From an uncultured Candidatus Saccharibacteria bacterium (GTDB taxonomy: Bacteria > Patescibacteriota > UBA1384 > XYA2-FULL-43-10 > 1-14-0-10-43-13), in NCBI GenBank assembly GCA_964543385.1, contig CAZIYE010000001.1:240001-272000 (forward strand): a stretch of 32,000 nucleotides of DNA, read 5' to 3'. Positions 15,977-24,358 of the stretch are shown here, piece by piece. The notes beneath the pieces were generated by a model. The model made no database searches, had not been told where the DNA came from, and worked only from the letters and a program-made list of their open reading frames with translations. The stretch's first letter is position 1; every line of letters begins with the position of its first letter. The translations under genes were made by a program, and so were the position numbers.

Positions 15977-17414
15977 TTTGTTTTTTTAAGCCAGCAACTG
16001 CCTGGCTAAATTTTTTTCCCCTGTCCTTATAATTCTTGAACATGTCAAAACTTGCACAGGCAGGAGAAAATATCACAATGTCTCCTGCTTTAGCAATACT
16101 CTCTGCTCGCAAGACCACATCTTCTAAGGATGAAAATCCTGAAAATATCTTCCCTTTATATTTAGCTTCTATCAAGGCAGCTTCTATTTTCGACGCTTCC
16201 ATGCCTATAAGAATAGTAGCAGTTACATTGTTATTTGATATTATCTCGGCCATTTCTTTAAAGTCTGCACCCTTAGGGCTACCACCAAGAATAAGAATCT
16301 TATCATCTCTAAATGACTTAATCGCTGCAATTGTCGGTCTAGGATTTGTTGCGAAAGAGTCATTTATATATTTTACGTCATCAATTTCAGCAACGAGCTC
16401 AAGCCGATAGGGGAGACCGACAGTATTTTTTACAGCCTCAGATATTACCGAAATATCTGCACCTAAAATATTGCCAACAATTGCGGCAGCTGCGATATTT
16501 TCAAGATTATGCCGACCAAGTAGATTTATCTCGTCCTCAGTGCAAATCAACTCTTCCCTATCATTCTCCCCTCTCAGAAAAACGCCATTTCTACCATCAA
16601 CTTCTTTTATATATGCTATCGCCTCTTGATTTGTAGAGGGAGAGAAATAGCGAACATTAGATTTCAATTGAGAAATAAAACTCTTATCAAATGATGAAGC
16701 AATGTTTAAAACAGCAAAGTCAGACTCACTCTGATAAGCTAGAATGCTTTCCTTAGCACTATGATATTCTTCAATGTTTTTGTGATAATCAAGATGGTCA
16801 ATGTCTAAATTAGTCACTACGCCAATATGTGGACTCTTTTGCATATCGGCAAGTTGAAAATTGGATAATTCAAGAACAACAAAATCTTCTTCCTTAAGCT
16901 GTGGAATCAGACCAATGGCTGGGTAACCAATATTGCCAGCCAAATAAACATCCCTCTTTGTTTCTTGTTTCTTGTTTCTTGTTTCTTGTATAAGTATTTC
17001 AGCTATAAGGTTTGCCGTCGTTCCCTTGCCCTTAGTCCCTGTAACTCCGATAACCATGGAAGGACACAAATCCAAGAAAAGCTTGATTTGACTGGAAACC
17101 TGTATCCCCTTTTCTCTAGCTTCAACTAATTTGGGATGATTAAAATATACAGACGGTGAACGAAAGATAATATCAAAGTCATCTACAACTAAATCGCAGG
17201 TATTTGTTTCTAGTTTTTTTACGATTTTGTCACTATTAAATATATTTTTTAGAGATAAAATTAATTGTTCTTCGGTAGATTGCAATAAATCTGTTTCATT
17301 TTTCTGATCAAAAACTGTAATTTTAGCAACCTTATCAGACAAAAAGTCAGCCAAAGCAATCCCCTCTATGCCCAGACCCAGAACTGCAACTCTTTTGTCT
17401 TCAAATGAAGTCAT
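15960..17414 (-). CDS. murD: UDP-N-acetylmuramoylalanine--D-glutamate ligase
   Basis: VLGLGIEGIALADFL, VIGVTGTKGKGTTANLIAEIL, LAGNIGYPAI, NLDIDHLDYH, PYRLE, YINDSFATNPRPTIAAI, ILGGSPKG. Confidence 0.93.
   Translation of the reverse strand: MTSFEDKRVAVLGLGIEGIALADFLSDKVAKITVFDQKNETDLLQSTEEQLILSLKNIFNSDKIVKKLETNTCDLVVDDFDIIFRSPSVYFNHPKLVEAREKGIQVSSQIKLFLDLCPSMVIGVTGTKGKGTTANLIAEILIQETRNKKQETKRDVYLAGNIGYPAIGLIPQLKEEDFVVLELSNFQLADMQKSPHIGVVTNLDIDHLDYHKNIEEYHSAKESILAYQSESDFAVLNIASSFDKSFISQLKSNVRYFSPSTNQEAIAYIKEVDGRNGVFLRGENDREELICTEDEINLLGRHNLENIAAAAIVGNILGADISVISEAVKNTVGLPYRLELVAEIDDVKYINDSFATNPRPTIAAIKSFRDDKILILGGSPKGADFKEMAEIISNNNVTATILIGMEASKIEAALIEAKYKGKIFSGFSSLEDVVLRAESIAKAGDIVIFSPACASFDMFKNYKDRGKKFSQAVAGLKKQNEQDK
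16961..16988. repeat. Heptanucleotide tandem repeat (TTTCTTG)x4 (coding strand CAAGAAA x4) inside murD
   Basis: Coding strand caagaaacaagaaacaagaaacaagaaacaa encodes IQETRNKKQETK between the P-loop helix and the LAGNIG strand. Confidence 0.9.
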
Positions 17415-18436
17415 TATAAATTACCGCCTCCGATTACTGCCAAAGCAAGTCCTGCAACGGCTGATACTGCACCCAGAACCCAAAATCTCATCGTGATTTT
17501 ATACTCCGGCCAACCGACTGCTTCAAAGTGATGATGAATTGGAGAAGAAAGAAAAATCTTTTTCCCCTTGCGAAGTTTTTTAGATAGAAATTGTACGATA
17601 AAACTTAAACCTTCAATAGAAAAGACTGAGGTAATAAGGAAAAGTGGTATAACTGCATTTGTTAAAAATGCGACCACGCCCAATGTCATTCCTAGGGCCA
17701 TACTGCCAGTGTCTCCCATAAAGAATCGTGCAGGCGGAATATTAAACCAAAGAAAAGCAAAAAGCGCGCCCATCACAGTGGCGCAAAAAACAGCTAGACC
17801 AGCTTGACCTTGTAGCATTGCTATAATAGCAAATGCTCCGTAAGAACATGCGAAAATTCCACCAGCCAAACCATCTAGACCATCAGTTTCATTGGAGGCA
17901 AAAGCCATCCAAACAAGAACTACAATGAATAATGGTATATACCAGATACCGATACTAAAATCACCAAGCGCTGGTATATGAATAGAATTCCATCCCAATT
18001 TGTAATAAAACCACCAAGCACCGATAGCTGCAATGGTTGCGTAGAGAGGAAACTTTTGTCTGATTGTTAACCCACCACCCTTTTCGCCAATACCACGAAC
18101 ATTCAAAATATCGTCTATTGCCCCCACTATACCAGTAGCAATTAGTGAAAATAATGGTAGCCATGTAGCGGTTCTGGACAGATTAAAAAATAAAGTTAAA
18201 AATGCTGCTGTTATCCAAATCAACAAACCGCCCATTACTGGAGTGCCAGCCTTCTTCTCATGCAATTTCGCCATTATTGGCGCAGATTTAGCATCCCTTA
18301 TAGTTTTGCCCATCTTATATTTATAAAGAAAATTAGTTAAGACTGGCGTCCACGCGATTGCAATCAAAAAAGATGCGATACCGGTCCAAAACATTCTAAA
18401 CAATACTTGAGGTTCAATGGTAAAAGTTTCCAACAT
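17414..18436 (-). CDS. mraY: Phospho-N-acetylmuramoyl-pentapeptide-transferase
   Basis: KAGTPVMGGLLI, DDILNVRG, NETDGLDGLAGG, FMGDTGSMALG, FLSSPIHHHFEAVGWPEYKITMRFWVLGAVSAV. Confidence 0.97.
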   Translation of the reverse strand: MLETFTIEPQVLFRMFWTGIASFLIAIAWTPVLTNFLYKYKMGKTIRDAKSAPIMAKLHEKKAGTPVMGGLLIWITAAFLTLFFNLSRTATWLPLFSLIATGIVGAIDDILNVRGIGEKGGGLTIRQKFPLYATIAAIGAWWFYYKLGWNSIHIPALGDFSIGIWYIPLFIVVLVWMAFASNETDGLDGLAGGIFACSYGAFAIIAMLQGQAGLAVFCATVMGALFAFLWFNIPPARFFMGDTGSMALGMTLGVVAFLTNAVIPLFLITSVFSIEGLSFIVQFLSKKLRKGKKIFLSSPIHHHFEAVGWPEYKITMRFWVLGAVSAVAGLALAVIGGGNL

Positions 18437-18446
18437 TATCTCCTAT

Positions 18447-19709
18447 TCATTTTACATTCTTCTTCTTTAGCCAGAAATTACTTTGACGAACCAATAGCTG
18501 ACCAGCCTGACTCGTATCAAGCATAAGCTTCTTAGTTATTTCTTCAAAATAATTTTTATTTTGGCTTGCCTTGATTAATACAAGATCACCCTTCTTGATT
18601 ATTTCTTCAAGATTTTTATACAAATCCTCTTTGGAATCAAAAACTGCAGAATTTTCTTTATCCCCATATCCCTGTTGCATGATCTTTGAATTAGGCCCTA
18701 TGAAAATAGCAAAGTCGCACTTTCCTTTTGCATATTGACCAATTATTTTATGAGCCTCTTTTTCAAAGCTACCAAGCTCATTCATATTACCAATAATTGC
18801 AACTTTTCTTGAATCATACTTCATTTTACTAAGCACGTCGAGAGCAGCCTTAACTGCCTCTGGATTAGAATTATAGGTATCATCAATAATATTTATTCCG
18901 CGCCTTCCTCTGACAAGATGCATCCTGCCGCTTGTTGGCACAAGCTTCTCTAATGATTTCTTGATCTGCAAAGACTGAATACCAAATGACTGTCCGATAG
19001 CAAAAGCTATTAACTGCGAATAAACAAACTGATCGCCTAACAAGTCTGATTTAACGGCAATATTTTGTCCTGTAGTTACTATGCGATAGTTAGTACCAGC
19101 AAGATCAATCTCTATATTGTCTGCACGATAATCAACATCTTTGTTTTTGATACCAATACGGACCAAATCGTTATTATGCAACTTTGATAGTTCATGATCA
19201 TCAGCATTAATAAATATCTTTCCAGCAGGTTTCACTATATCAATAAGCGATAGCTTTTCTTTTTTGAGAGCGTCAAAATCCTTAAAGTTTGCTAGATGTG
19301 CAGGTGCAATCAAAGTAATTACTCCGATGTCTGGCCTTACAATTTCAGAAAAATAACTGATATCACCAGGATGTTCAACTCCCATCTCTAAAATGAGGTA
19401 TTTTGGATATTTCTTTTCAAGAGTCCTGAAATAAGCCTTAATCAAAAACCAAGGCCAAAGCAACTTAGAGGGAAGGCTATCATAGCCCATTATGGTTAGA
19501 GGAATTCCTATTTCTGCATTCAAGCTACCATAATTTTTGCGGACTTGTTCGCCAAATTTGTCATGAAGGACCTGAAAAACTGCTTCCTTTGCAGAACCCT
19601 TACCTGCTGATCCAGTTATGCCTATGACAAAAGGTTTATGTTTATTGATAACTCTTTTCGCAAAGCTTGCCAGAATTAAATAGATAAATTTTAAAACCAT
19701 ATTCTTCAT
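18447..19709 (-). CDS. murF: MurF-like Mur ligase lacking the usual N-terminal UDP-substrate domain
   Basis: GITGSAGKGSAKEAV P-loop, LEMGVEHPGDISYF, GRMHLVRG, IIDDTYNSNPEAVKAALDVL, VAIIGNMNELG. Confidence 0.85.
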   Translation of the reverse strand: MKNMVLKFIYLILASFAKRVINKHKPFVIGITGSAGKGSAKEAVFQVLHDKFGEQVRKNYGSLNAEIGIPLTIMGYDSLPSKLLWPWFLIKAYFRTLEKKYPKYLILEMGVEHPGDISYFSEIVRPDIGVITLIAPAHLANFKDFDALKKEKLSLIDIVKPAGKIFINADDHELSKLHNNDLVRIGIKNKDVDYRADNIEIDLAGTNYRIVTTGQNIAVKSDLLGDQFVYSQLIAFAIGQSFGIQSLQIKKSLEKLVPTSGRMHLVRGRRGINIIDDTYNSNPEAVKAALDVLSKMKYDSRKVAIIGNMNELGSFEKEAHKIIGQYAKGKCDFAIFIGPNSKIMQQGYGDKENSAVFDSKEDLYKNLEEIIKKGDLVLIKASQNKNYFEEITKKLMLDTSQAGQLLVRQSNFWLKKKNVK

Positions 19710-19752
19710 AATCTGTTCTAGCCCTAACTTTATTATTTTATAAAACTATTGA

Positions 19753-21495
19753 TCACTTTACCGGCTCTGTTGGCGGTATCCGATAATGATAATTTAACAG
19801 AAAAGAAGCAAGATCACCAAATAGAGGAGCCGCTGTTGTTTCAGCATATTTTGCCGTTTTGGGTTTGGTCAATTTTACAATCATTGCAAATTGCGGATTA
19901 TCAATCGGAGCGATACCAGCAAGTGAGTGATTATAAATGCCAAGATTGGTTTCATTGTTTTCATATCCACCTTCTGGTTTAGGAATCTGTGCAGTACCTG
20001 TTTTAGCACCAACCTTGAAACCCGGCACCCCTGCCTTTTTAGAGTGACCATTGACTACCACTGAGTAGAGCATATTCTGCAAAGACTTGGCTGACTGCTC
20101 GCTAACTACCTGCTCGCCTTCTTGTTTTGAGACTTTTTTCTCGCTGCCATCAGCGAAAATCATCTTATCAATCACATGAGGATAAATATATTTTCCGTTA
20201 TTTGCTATTGCAGCATATGCAGCAACCATCTCAATAGGAGTTACAGAAATTCCCTGACCAAATGAAATATTGGCCGTCTGGATATTTCTCCATTCTTTCA
20301 GAGGTGGTACGCGACCAGATATCTCCGTATCCAGGTCAATACCTGTTTTACTCAGGAGACCAAAAGATTTTATGTATTTGTATAATGTATCCTTGCCAAG
20401 TTTTTCTGCAAGCCAAGTCATTGCCACATTATCAGAATTTTCCAGGACCTGAGTCATAGTTTCTTCACCGAATGCCTTGTCTTCAGCCGTATGTATCTCA
20501 TAGCCGTCAACAACTGTAAAATTACTAAATTTTTCTTTGGTATCAGGCGTCACATCACCATGATCAATCGCCGATGCCATAACTATTGGTTTCATTATGC
20601 TGCCCGGCTCATAAAGATGCGATATGGCGGGATTCATAAACAAACTTGGATCTTTATCTGCTTGCTCTCGATAATTATTTGGATCATAAGACGGTAAATT
20701 TGCCATTGCAATGATCCCACCAGTTTTTACATCCATAATTATGACAGTTCCTGAATCGGCCTGATAGGTAGTTATGGCCTCGCCTAATTTTTTTTCTACA
20801 TAGTACTGGACAGCCCTGTCTATAGTAAGAACATAGCTCGTACCATCTGCCGGATCTTTTTGTTCTAATAAATTAATTATTCTCCCAAGAGTATCTTTTT
20901 CTCCCCTAACATTGCCTTCTTTACCCTGAAGCTCACTATTGTAATGTCCTTCAAAACCATAATTACCAATACTATCTGAATTCACAAAACCAAGCAGCTG
21001 AGCGGCTAATATACCTTCTGGATAATACCGACTGTATTCAGGCATGACATAAATTCCAGCAATTTTGCTGTTTTTTATCTCATTGGCCTGGTCAAGAGAT
21101 AACCCTCTTCTTATTGGCGGAATATATAATTTATCATTATTAATTTTAGAAAAGACTTCGCCTTCTGGAAGAAGCAAAAGTTTTTCAAGATTTTTTGCCA
21201 CCTCAGCCTTATTTTTGATATGTCTTGGGACAACCCAAATAGCAAACTTTTTCATATCAAAAGCCAATGGATAGTAAGATTTAGGATCAATCGCCGAATC
21301 ATGAACCAATATTTTCCCGCGCTCAGCAATCTGACTCTTTTCAAAACGCTGTTGTCCCTGTGCCAAGGCCAAATAACGAACATGATCTACGATTTGAATC
21401 CCCGCCATTTTTGACAAAAGAATAAGCGATGATAAAACAATAACCACACTCAAAGCTTTGAGTCTTGTCTCAATTGTACGTTTATATTCGCCCAT
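19753..21495 (-). CDS. ftsI: Penicillin-binding protein 2/3, FtsI-like transpeptidase
   Basis: Dimerisation domain VVPRHIK..., YEPGSIMKPIVMASAID (SxxK), SDN (LENSDNVA), KTGTAQIP (KTG). Confidence 0.96.
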   Translation of the reverse strand: MGEYKRTIETRLKALSVVIVLSSLILLSKMAGIQIVDHVRYLALAQGQQRFEKSQIAERGKILVHDSAIDPKSYYPLAFDMKKFAIWVVPRHIKNKAEVAKNLEKLLLLPEGEVFSKINNDKLYIPPIRRGLSLDQANEIKNSKIAGIYVMPEYSRYYPEGILAAQLLGFVNSDSIGNYGFEGHYNSELQGKEGNVRGEKDTLGRIINLLEQKDPADGTSYVLTIDRAVQYYVEKKLGEAITTYQADSGTVIIMDVKTGGIIAMANLPSYDPNNYREQADKDPSLFMNPAISHLYEPGSIMKPIVMASAIDHGDVTPDTKEKFSNFTVVDGYEIHTAEDKAFGEETMTQVLENSDNVAMTWLAEKLGKDTLYKYIKSFGLLSKTGIDLDTEISGRVPPLKEWRNIQTANISFGQGISVTPIEMVAAYAAIANNGKYIYPHVIDKMIFADGSEKKVSKQEGEQVVSEQSAKSLQNMLYSVVVNGHSKKAGVPGFKVGAKTGTAQIPKPEGGYENNETNLGIYNHSLAGIAPIDNPQFAMIVKLTKPKTAKYAETTAAPLFGDLASFLLNYHYRIPPTEPVK

Positions 21496-21514
21496 AACGT
21501 TATATTACCAAAAA

Positions 21515-21877
21515 TTAGTTCACTTTGGCTAAATTTGTTTTATCATTAGTAAAATTTACGCTAGATACCGGCTCCATGACTTGCTTTTCAATACCACTAT
21601 CGATCACTCTGAGCGCCTTCAATCTTGTCTGTTCTGCCTCTAGACGTTCTTTTTCAAGCATCAGTTCATCTTTTTTTGATTCAATATCTCTAACTCGGAC
21701 GCTTCTAGATGCTCCTGCTGTCGATTGGCTTAAATAGACCACAGCTAAAACAGCGACGATAGTAAGTGCAATAAACTTTATTGCATTAGGTCCAACTACA
21801 AAGCCCTTACTTACTGTTTTCTTTTTTTTGCCTAATCTAATTGAATTTGAATTTGTAACAATAAAATCTCTCGCCAA
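21515..21877 (-). CDS. FtsL-like membrane protein
   Basis: Single TM (AIKFIALTIVAVLAVVYLSQ) followed by coiled-coil heptads (ESKKDELMLEKERLEAEQTRL); position directly before ftsI. Confidence 0.7.
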   Translation of the reverse strand: MARDFIVTNSNSIRLGKKKKTVSKGFVVGPNAIKFIALTIVAVLAVVYLSQSTAGASRSVRVRDIESKKDELMLEKERLEAEQTRLKALRVIDSGIEKQVMEPVSSVNFTNDKTNLAKVN

Positions 21878-21999
21878 TTTGCCTCCAGGGATATTAATCT
21901 TAGTTGCTGCCAGCCATTTTTTGTTTTCTTGCCCCGTGAAATATTTCTTTCAAACATTATTTCAATGGGGTGTTTCTTCGCCCAAATTTTTGTTTTTGT

Positions 22000-22118
22000 C
22001 CCTCACCTCTCGGATTGACTAGAATCAGAAAGGTGAGGGGTTAGGCTCTGCCCCTCCTTTGTCCTCCTCCGAGCCTCAATAATGAAGCGTATACAAATGA
22101 GAACGGGTTAGAGCCTAA
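22000..22118 (-). other. Structured non-coding interval between mraZ and ftsL-like gene
   Basis: Inverted repeats CCCTCACCT(22000-22008)/AGGTGAGGG(22031-22039) and TTAGGCTCT(22041-22049)/AGAGCCTAA(22110-22118); no convincing ORF. Confidence 0.5.
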
Positions 22119-22213
22119 AGTACAGGCTGGCAGCAATAAAATCGATTTCCTATTTCTTGCTACAAATTGTAAATGTACTAACTTTCTACTCTCGACCCTC
22201 TACTATCTACTTT

Positions 22214-22645
22214 CTAGAAACCGATCTCTGATAATTGCTCCGCTACTTCCTCGGAATTGTTTTCCATGTCTGTTTTGAACTCATTCCACTTTTCCTCTGC
22301 CCAAATCTCCAATCTATTATGCATCCCTGTTACAACTACCTTGCCTTTTATTCCAGCATAATCAGCTAAATACTTAGGCACATTTACTCTGCCAACTTTA
22401 TCAAGTTTCAAATCCATCGCGCCGGAAAGGATAAATCTGCCAAAGCTTCGGGCATTCTTTTGCGTTATTGGTAATTGCGATACTTGCTCGGCTATCTTTT
22501 CCCATTCAGCCTCAGTATAAAGCCACAAACATCCATCAAGTCCACGAGTTAGGATCAAGCCTTTCGCTAATTCATCACGAAACTTAGCCGGCACCGACAT
22601 TCTCCCCTTCTCGTCTAAGCTGTGTTGATACTCACCAATGAACAT
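22214..22645 (-). CDS. mraZ: Transcriptional regulator MraZ
   Basis: MFIGEYQHSLDEKGRMSVPAKFRDEL, ILTRGLDGCLWLY, LDKVGRVNVPKYLADYAGI; two AbrB-like SWEDLG repeats. Confidence 0.97.
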   Translation of the reverse strand: MFIGEYQHSLDEKGRMSVPAKFRDELAKGLILTRGLDGCLWLYTEAEWEKIAEQVSQLPITQKNARSFGRFILSGAMDLKLDKVGRVNVPKYLADYAGIKGKVVVTGMHNRLEIWAEEKWNEFKTDMENNSEEVAEQLSEIGF

Positions 22646-22650
22646 TATGT

Positions 22651-22680
22651 TTCCCACTTTTTACCACTTTTTACCACATG
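22651..22680 (-). promoter_or_regulatory. Triple MraZ-box-like operator
   Basis: Minus strand gTGGTAaaaagTGGTAaaaagTGGGAa: three TGGKA units with exact 10-bp period, between the -10 and mraZ start. Confidence 0.8.
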
Positions 22681-22685
22681 TATCT

Positions 22686-22714
22686 ATTTTATGCGTACTA
22701 TATAGATACGTCAA
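22686..22714 (-). promoter_or_regulatory. mraZ/dcw operon promoter
   Basis: Minus strand TTGACG - 17 nt - TAAAAT. Confidence 0.8.
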
Positions 22715-22746
22715 CAACCCAAAAGATACTTTTTTGTGGATAATAA

Positions 22747-22785
22747 AAAACTGGCCTGCCTTTTAAGCAGTCCAGCCTTTTATTT
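22747..22785. terminator. Intrinsic terminator
   Basis: CTGGcCTGC...GCAGtCCAG stem flanked by A-tract and TTTTATTTTT, between mraZ promoter and glyQS stop. Confidence 0.7.
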
Positions 22786-22797
22786 TTCTAATTTTAT

Positions 22798-24165
22798 CTA
22801 GCCAATTTTATTTAAAATAAAATCTTTTATTTCAACTATTTTTACTCTCTCTTGCTCCATTGTATCCCGGCTACGCAAAGTCACAGTTTTATTTTCTATA
22901 GAGTCAAAATCAACCGTGACACACCAAGGAGTGCCAATTTCATCCTGACGACGATAGCGTCGACCGACCGAACCAGATTCGTCATAAAAAGTATTAATTC
23001 CGGCCTGTTTTAATTCTTTTACGATATTGGCGGCAATTTCAGGTAGTCCCTCTTTCTTTACAAGCGGAAATACTGCAACCTTAATAGGCGCAATTTTAGT
23101 ATCAAGGCGGAGGGTTACCTCCCCTGCTTTTCGACCATCGCTACCATCAGATTCATCGTAGGCGTCAACCAAACAGGCAAGCATCGCCCTGTCGACACCG
23201 AGAGCAGGCTCGACAACAAATGGCAAATATTTCTTGCCTGTTGCCTCATCAAAATATTTCAAGTCTTGTCCAGATATTTTTTCATGCTGTCTCAAGTCAT
23301 AATCAGTTCTTTGCGCGATACCACCAAGCTCAGAAATACCAAATGGAAAATCATATTCAACATCGGATGTCCCTGCTGAATAATGAGATAATTCCTCTTT
23401 GGTATGCTCGCGGATTGATAGATTATCGTCCTTGATACCGATCTCTTGGTAAAACTCTTTCGCTTTTTCGACCCAATATTTATACCACTTCTGACTTTCT
23501 TCGAGGCTTGCTTCAACAAAAAATTCGATCTCCATCTGTTCAAATTCACGAGTACGGAATATGAAGTTTCCAGGTGTTATCTCATTTCTGAATGACTTAC
23601 CGATTTGAGCAATACCAAATGGAGGCTTGATCCTGGTTGATTGAATAACGTTTTTGAAATTTAAAAAGATTCCTTGCGCGGTCTCCGGTCTCAAATATGC
23701 AGTAGCAGCAGAGTCTTCAGTTGCACCAACGAAAGTTTTAAACATTAGATTAAATTCTCTTGGCTCAGTAAATTGCTTTGAGCCACAGGCCGAACATTGA
23801 TTCGCTTCTTTAGCCTTTCCACCAATAAATTTCCCTTCGCGCATATTGTCTTCGCGATAACGAGAATGACACTCCAAACATTCTACTAATGGATCGCTAA
23901 AAGATTTTAGATGACCAGAAGCTTCCCAAGTCTTTGGGTTTTGGATAATTGCAGAATCTAAACCGACAATATTGTCCTCACTAGTAACAAATTTCTTCCA
24001 CCAGTAATCCTTGATATTTTTTTTCATCTGACTACCAAGAGGCCCAAAATCAAAAGCATTTGCAAACCCACCATAAATCTCACTTGCCGGATAAACAAAT
24101 CCCCTTCTCTTGCAAAGAGAAATAATTTTTTCCATCAAGTCATTTTTGTTCTGTTTGTTTTCCAT
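22798..24165 (-). CDS. glyQS: Glycyl-tRNA synthetase (alpha2 type)
   Basis: RRGFVYPASEIYGGFANAFDFGPLG, YLRPETAQGIFLNF, PFGIAQIGKSFRNEITPGNFIFRTREFEQMEIEFF, VDFDSIENKTVTLRSRDTMEQ. Start at MENKQNK with upstream RBS. Confidence 0.97.
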   Translation of the reverse strand: MENKQNKNDLMEKIISLCKRRGFVYPASEIYGGFANAFDFGPLGSQMKKNIKDYWWKKFVTSEDNIVGLDSAIIQNPKTWEASGHLKSFSDPLVECLECHSRYREDNMREGKFIGGKAKEANQCSACGSKQFTEPREFNLMFKTFVGATEDSAATAYLRPETAQGIFLNFKNVIQSTRIKPPFGIAQIGKSFRNEITPGNFIFRTREFEQMEIEFFVEASLEESQKWYKYWVEKAKEFYQEIGIKDDNLSIREHTKEELSHYSAGTSDVEYDFPFGISELGGIAQRTDYDLRQHEKISGQDLKYFDEATGKKYLPFVVEPALGVDRAMLACLVDAYDESDGSDGRKAGEVTLRLDTKIAPIKVAVFPLVKKEGLPEIAANIVKELKQAGINTFYDESGSVGRRYRRQDEIGTPWCVTVDFDSIENKTVTLRSRDTMEQERVKIVEIKDFILNKIG

Positions 24166-24306
24166 TAATCTGCCTTCTTTATAATGAATAGAGCTAAAAA
24201 AACTATAACACCTTAACACCATATTGACAATCTATAATATTTCAACTTTTTATTAGACTACCAATATATCACCTTTCAAAACACTGTCTTGCCCAATTCT
24301 CTTTAT

Positions 24307-24338
24307 AAAAAAGACCCTGCAAATGTGGGGTCTTTTTT
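24307..24338. terminator. Bidirectional intrinsic terminator
   Basis: AAAAAAGACCC...GGGTCTTTTTT. Confidence 0.85.
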
Positions 24339-24358
24339 ATAATCGGCAAGCTCTCTGC

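Noticed and set aside
9192-21414. Plus-strand ORFs opposite the dcw cluster (e.g. 9192..9548, 11449..11745, 13316..13639, 16036..16410)
   Set aside because: Fully antisense to confidently identified recJ/mur/fts genes and without recognisable motifs.
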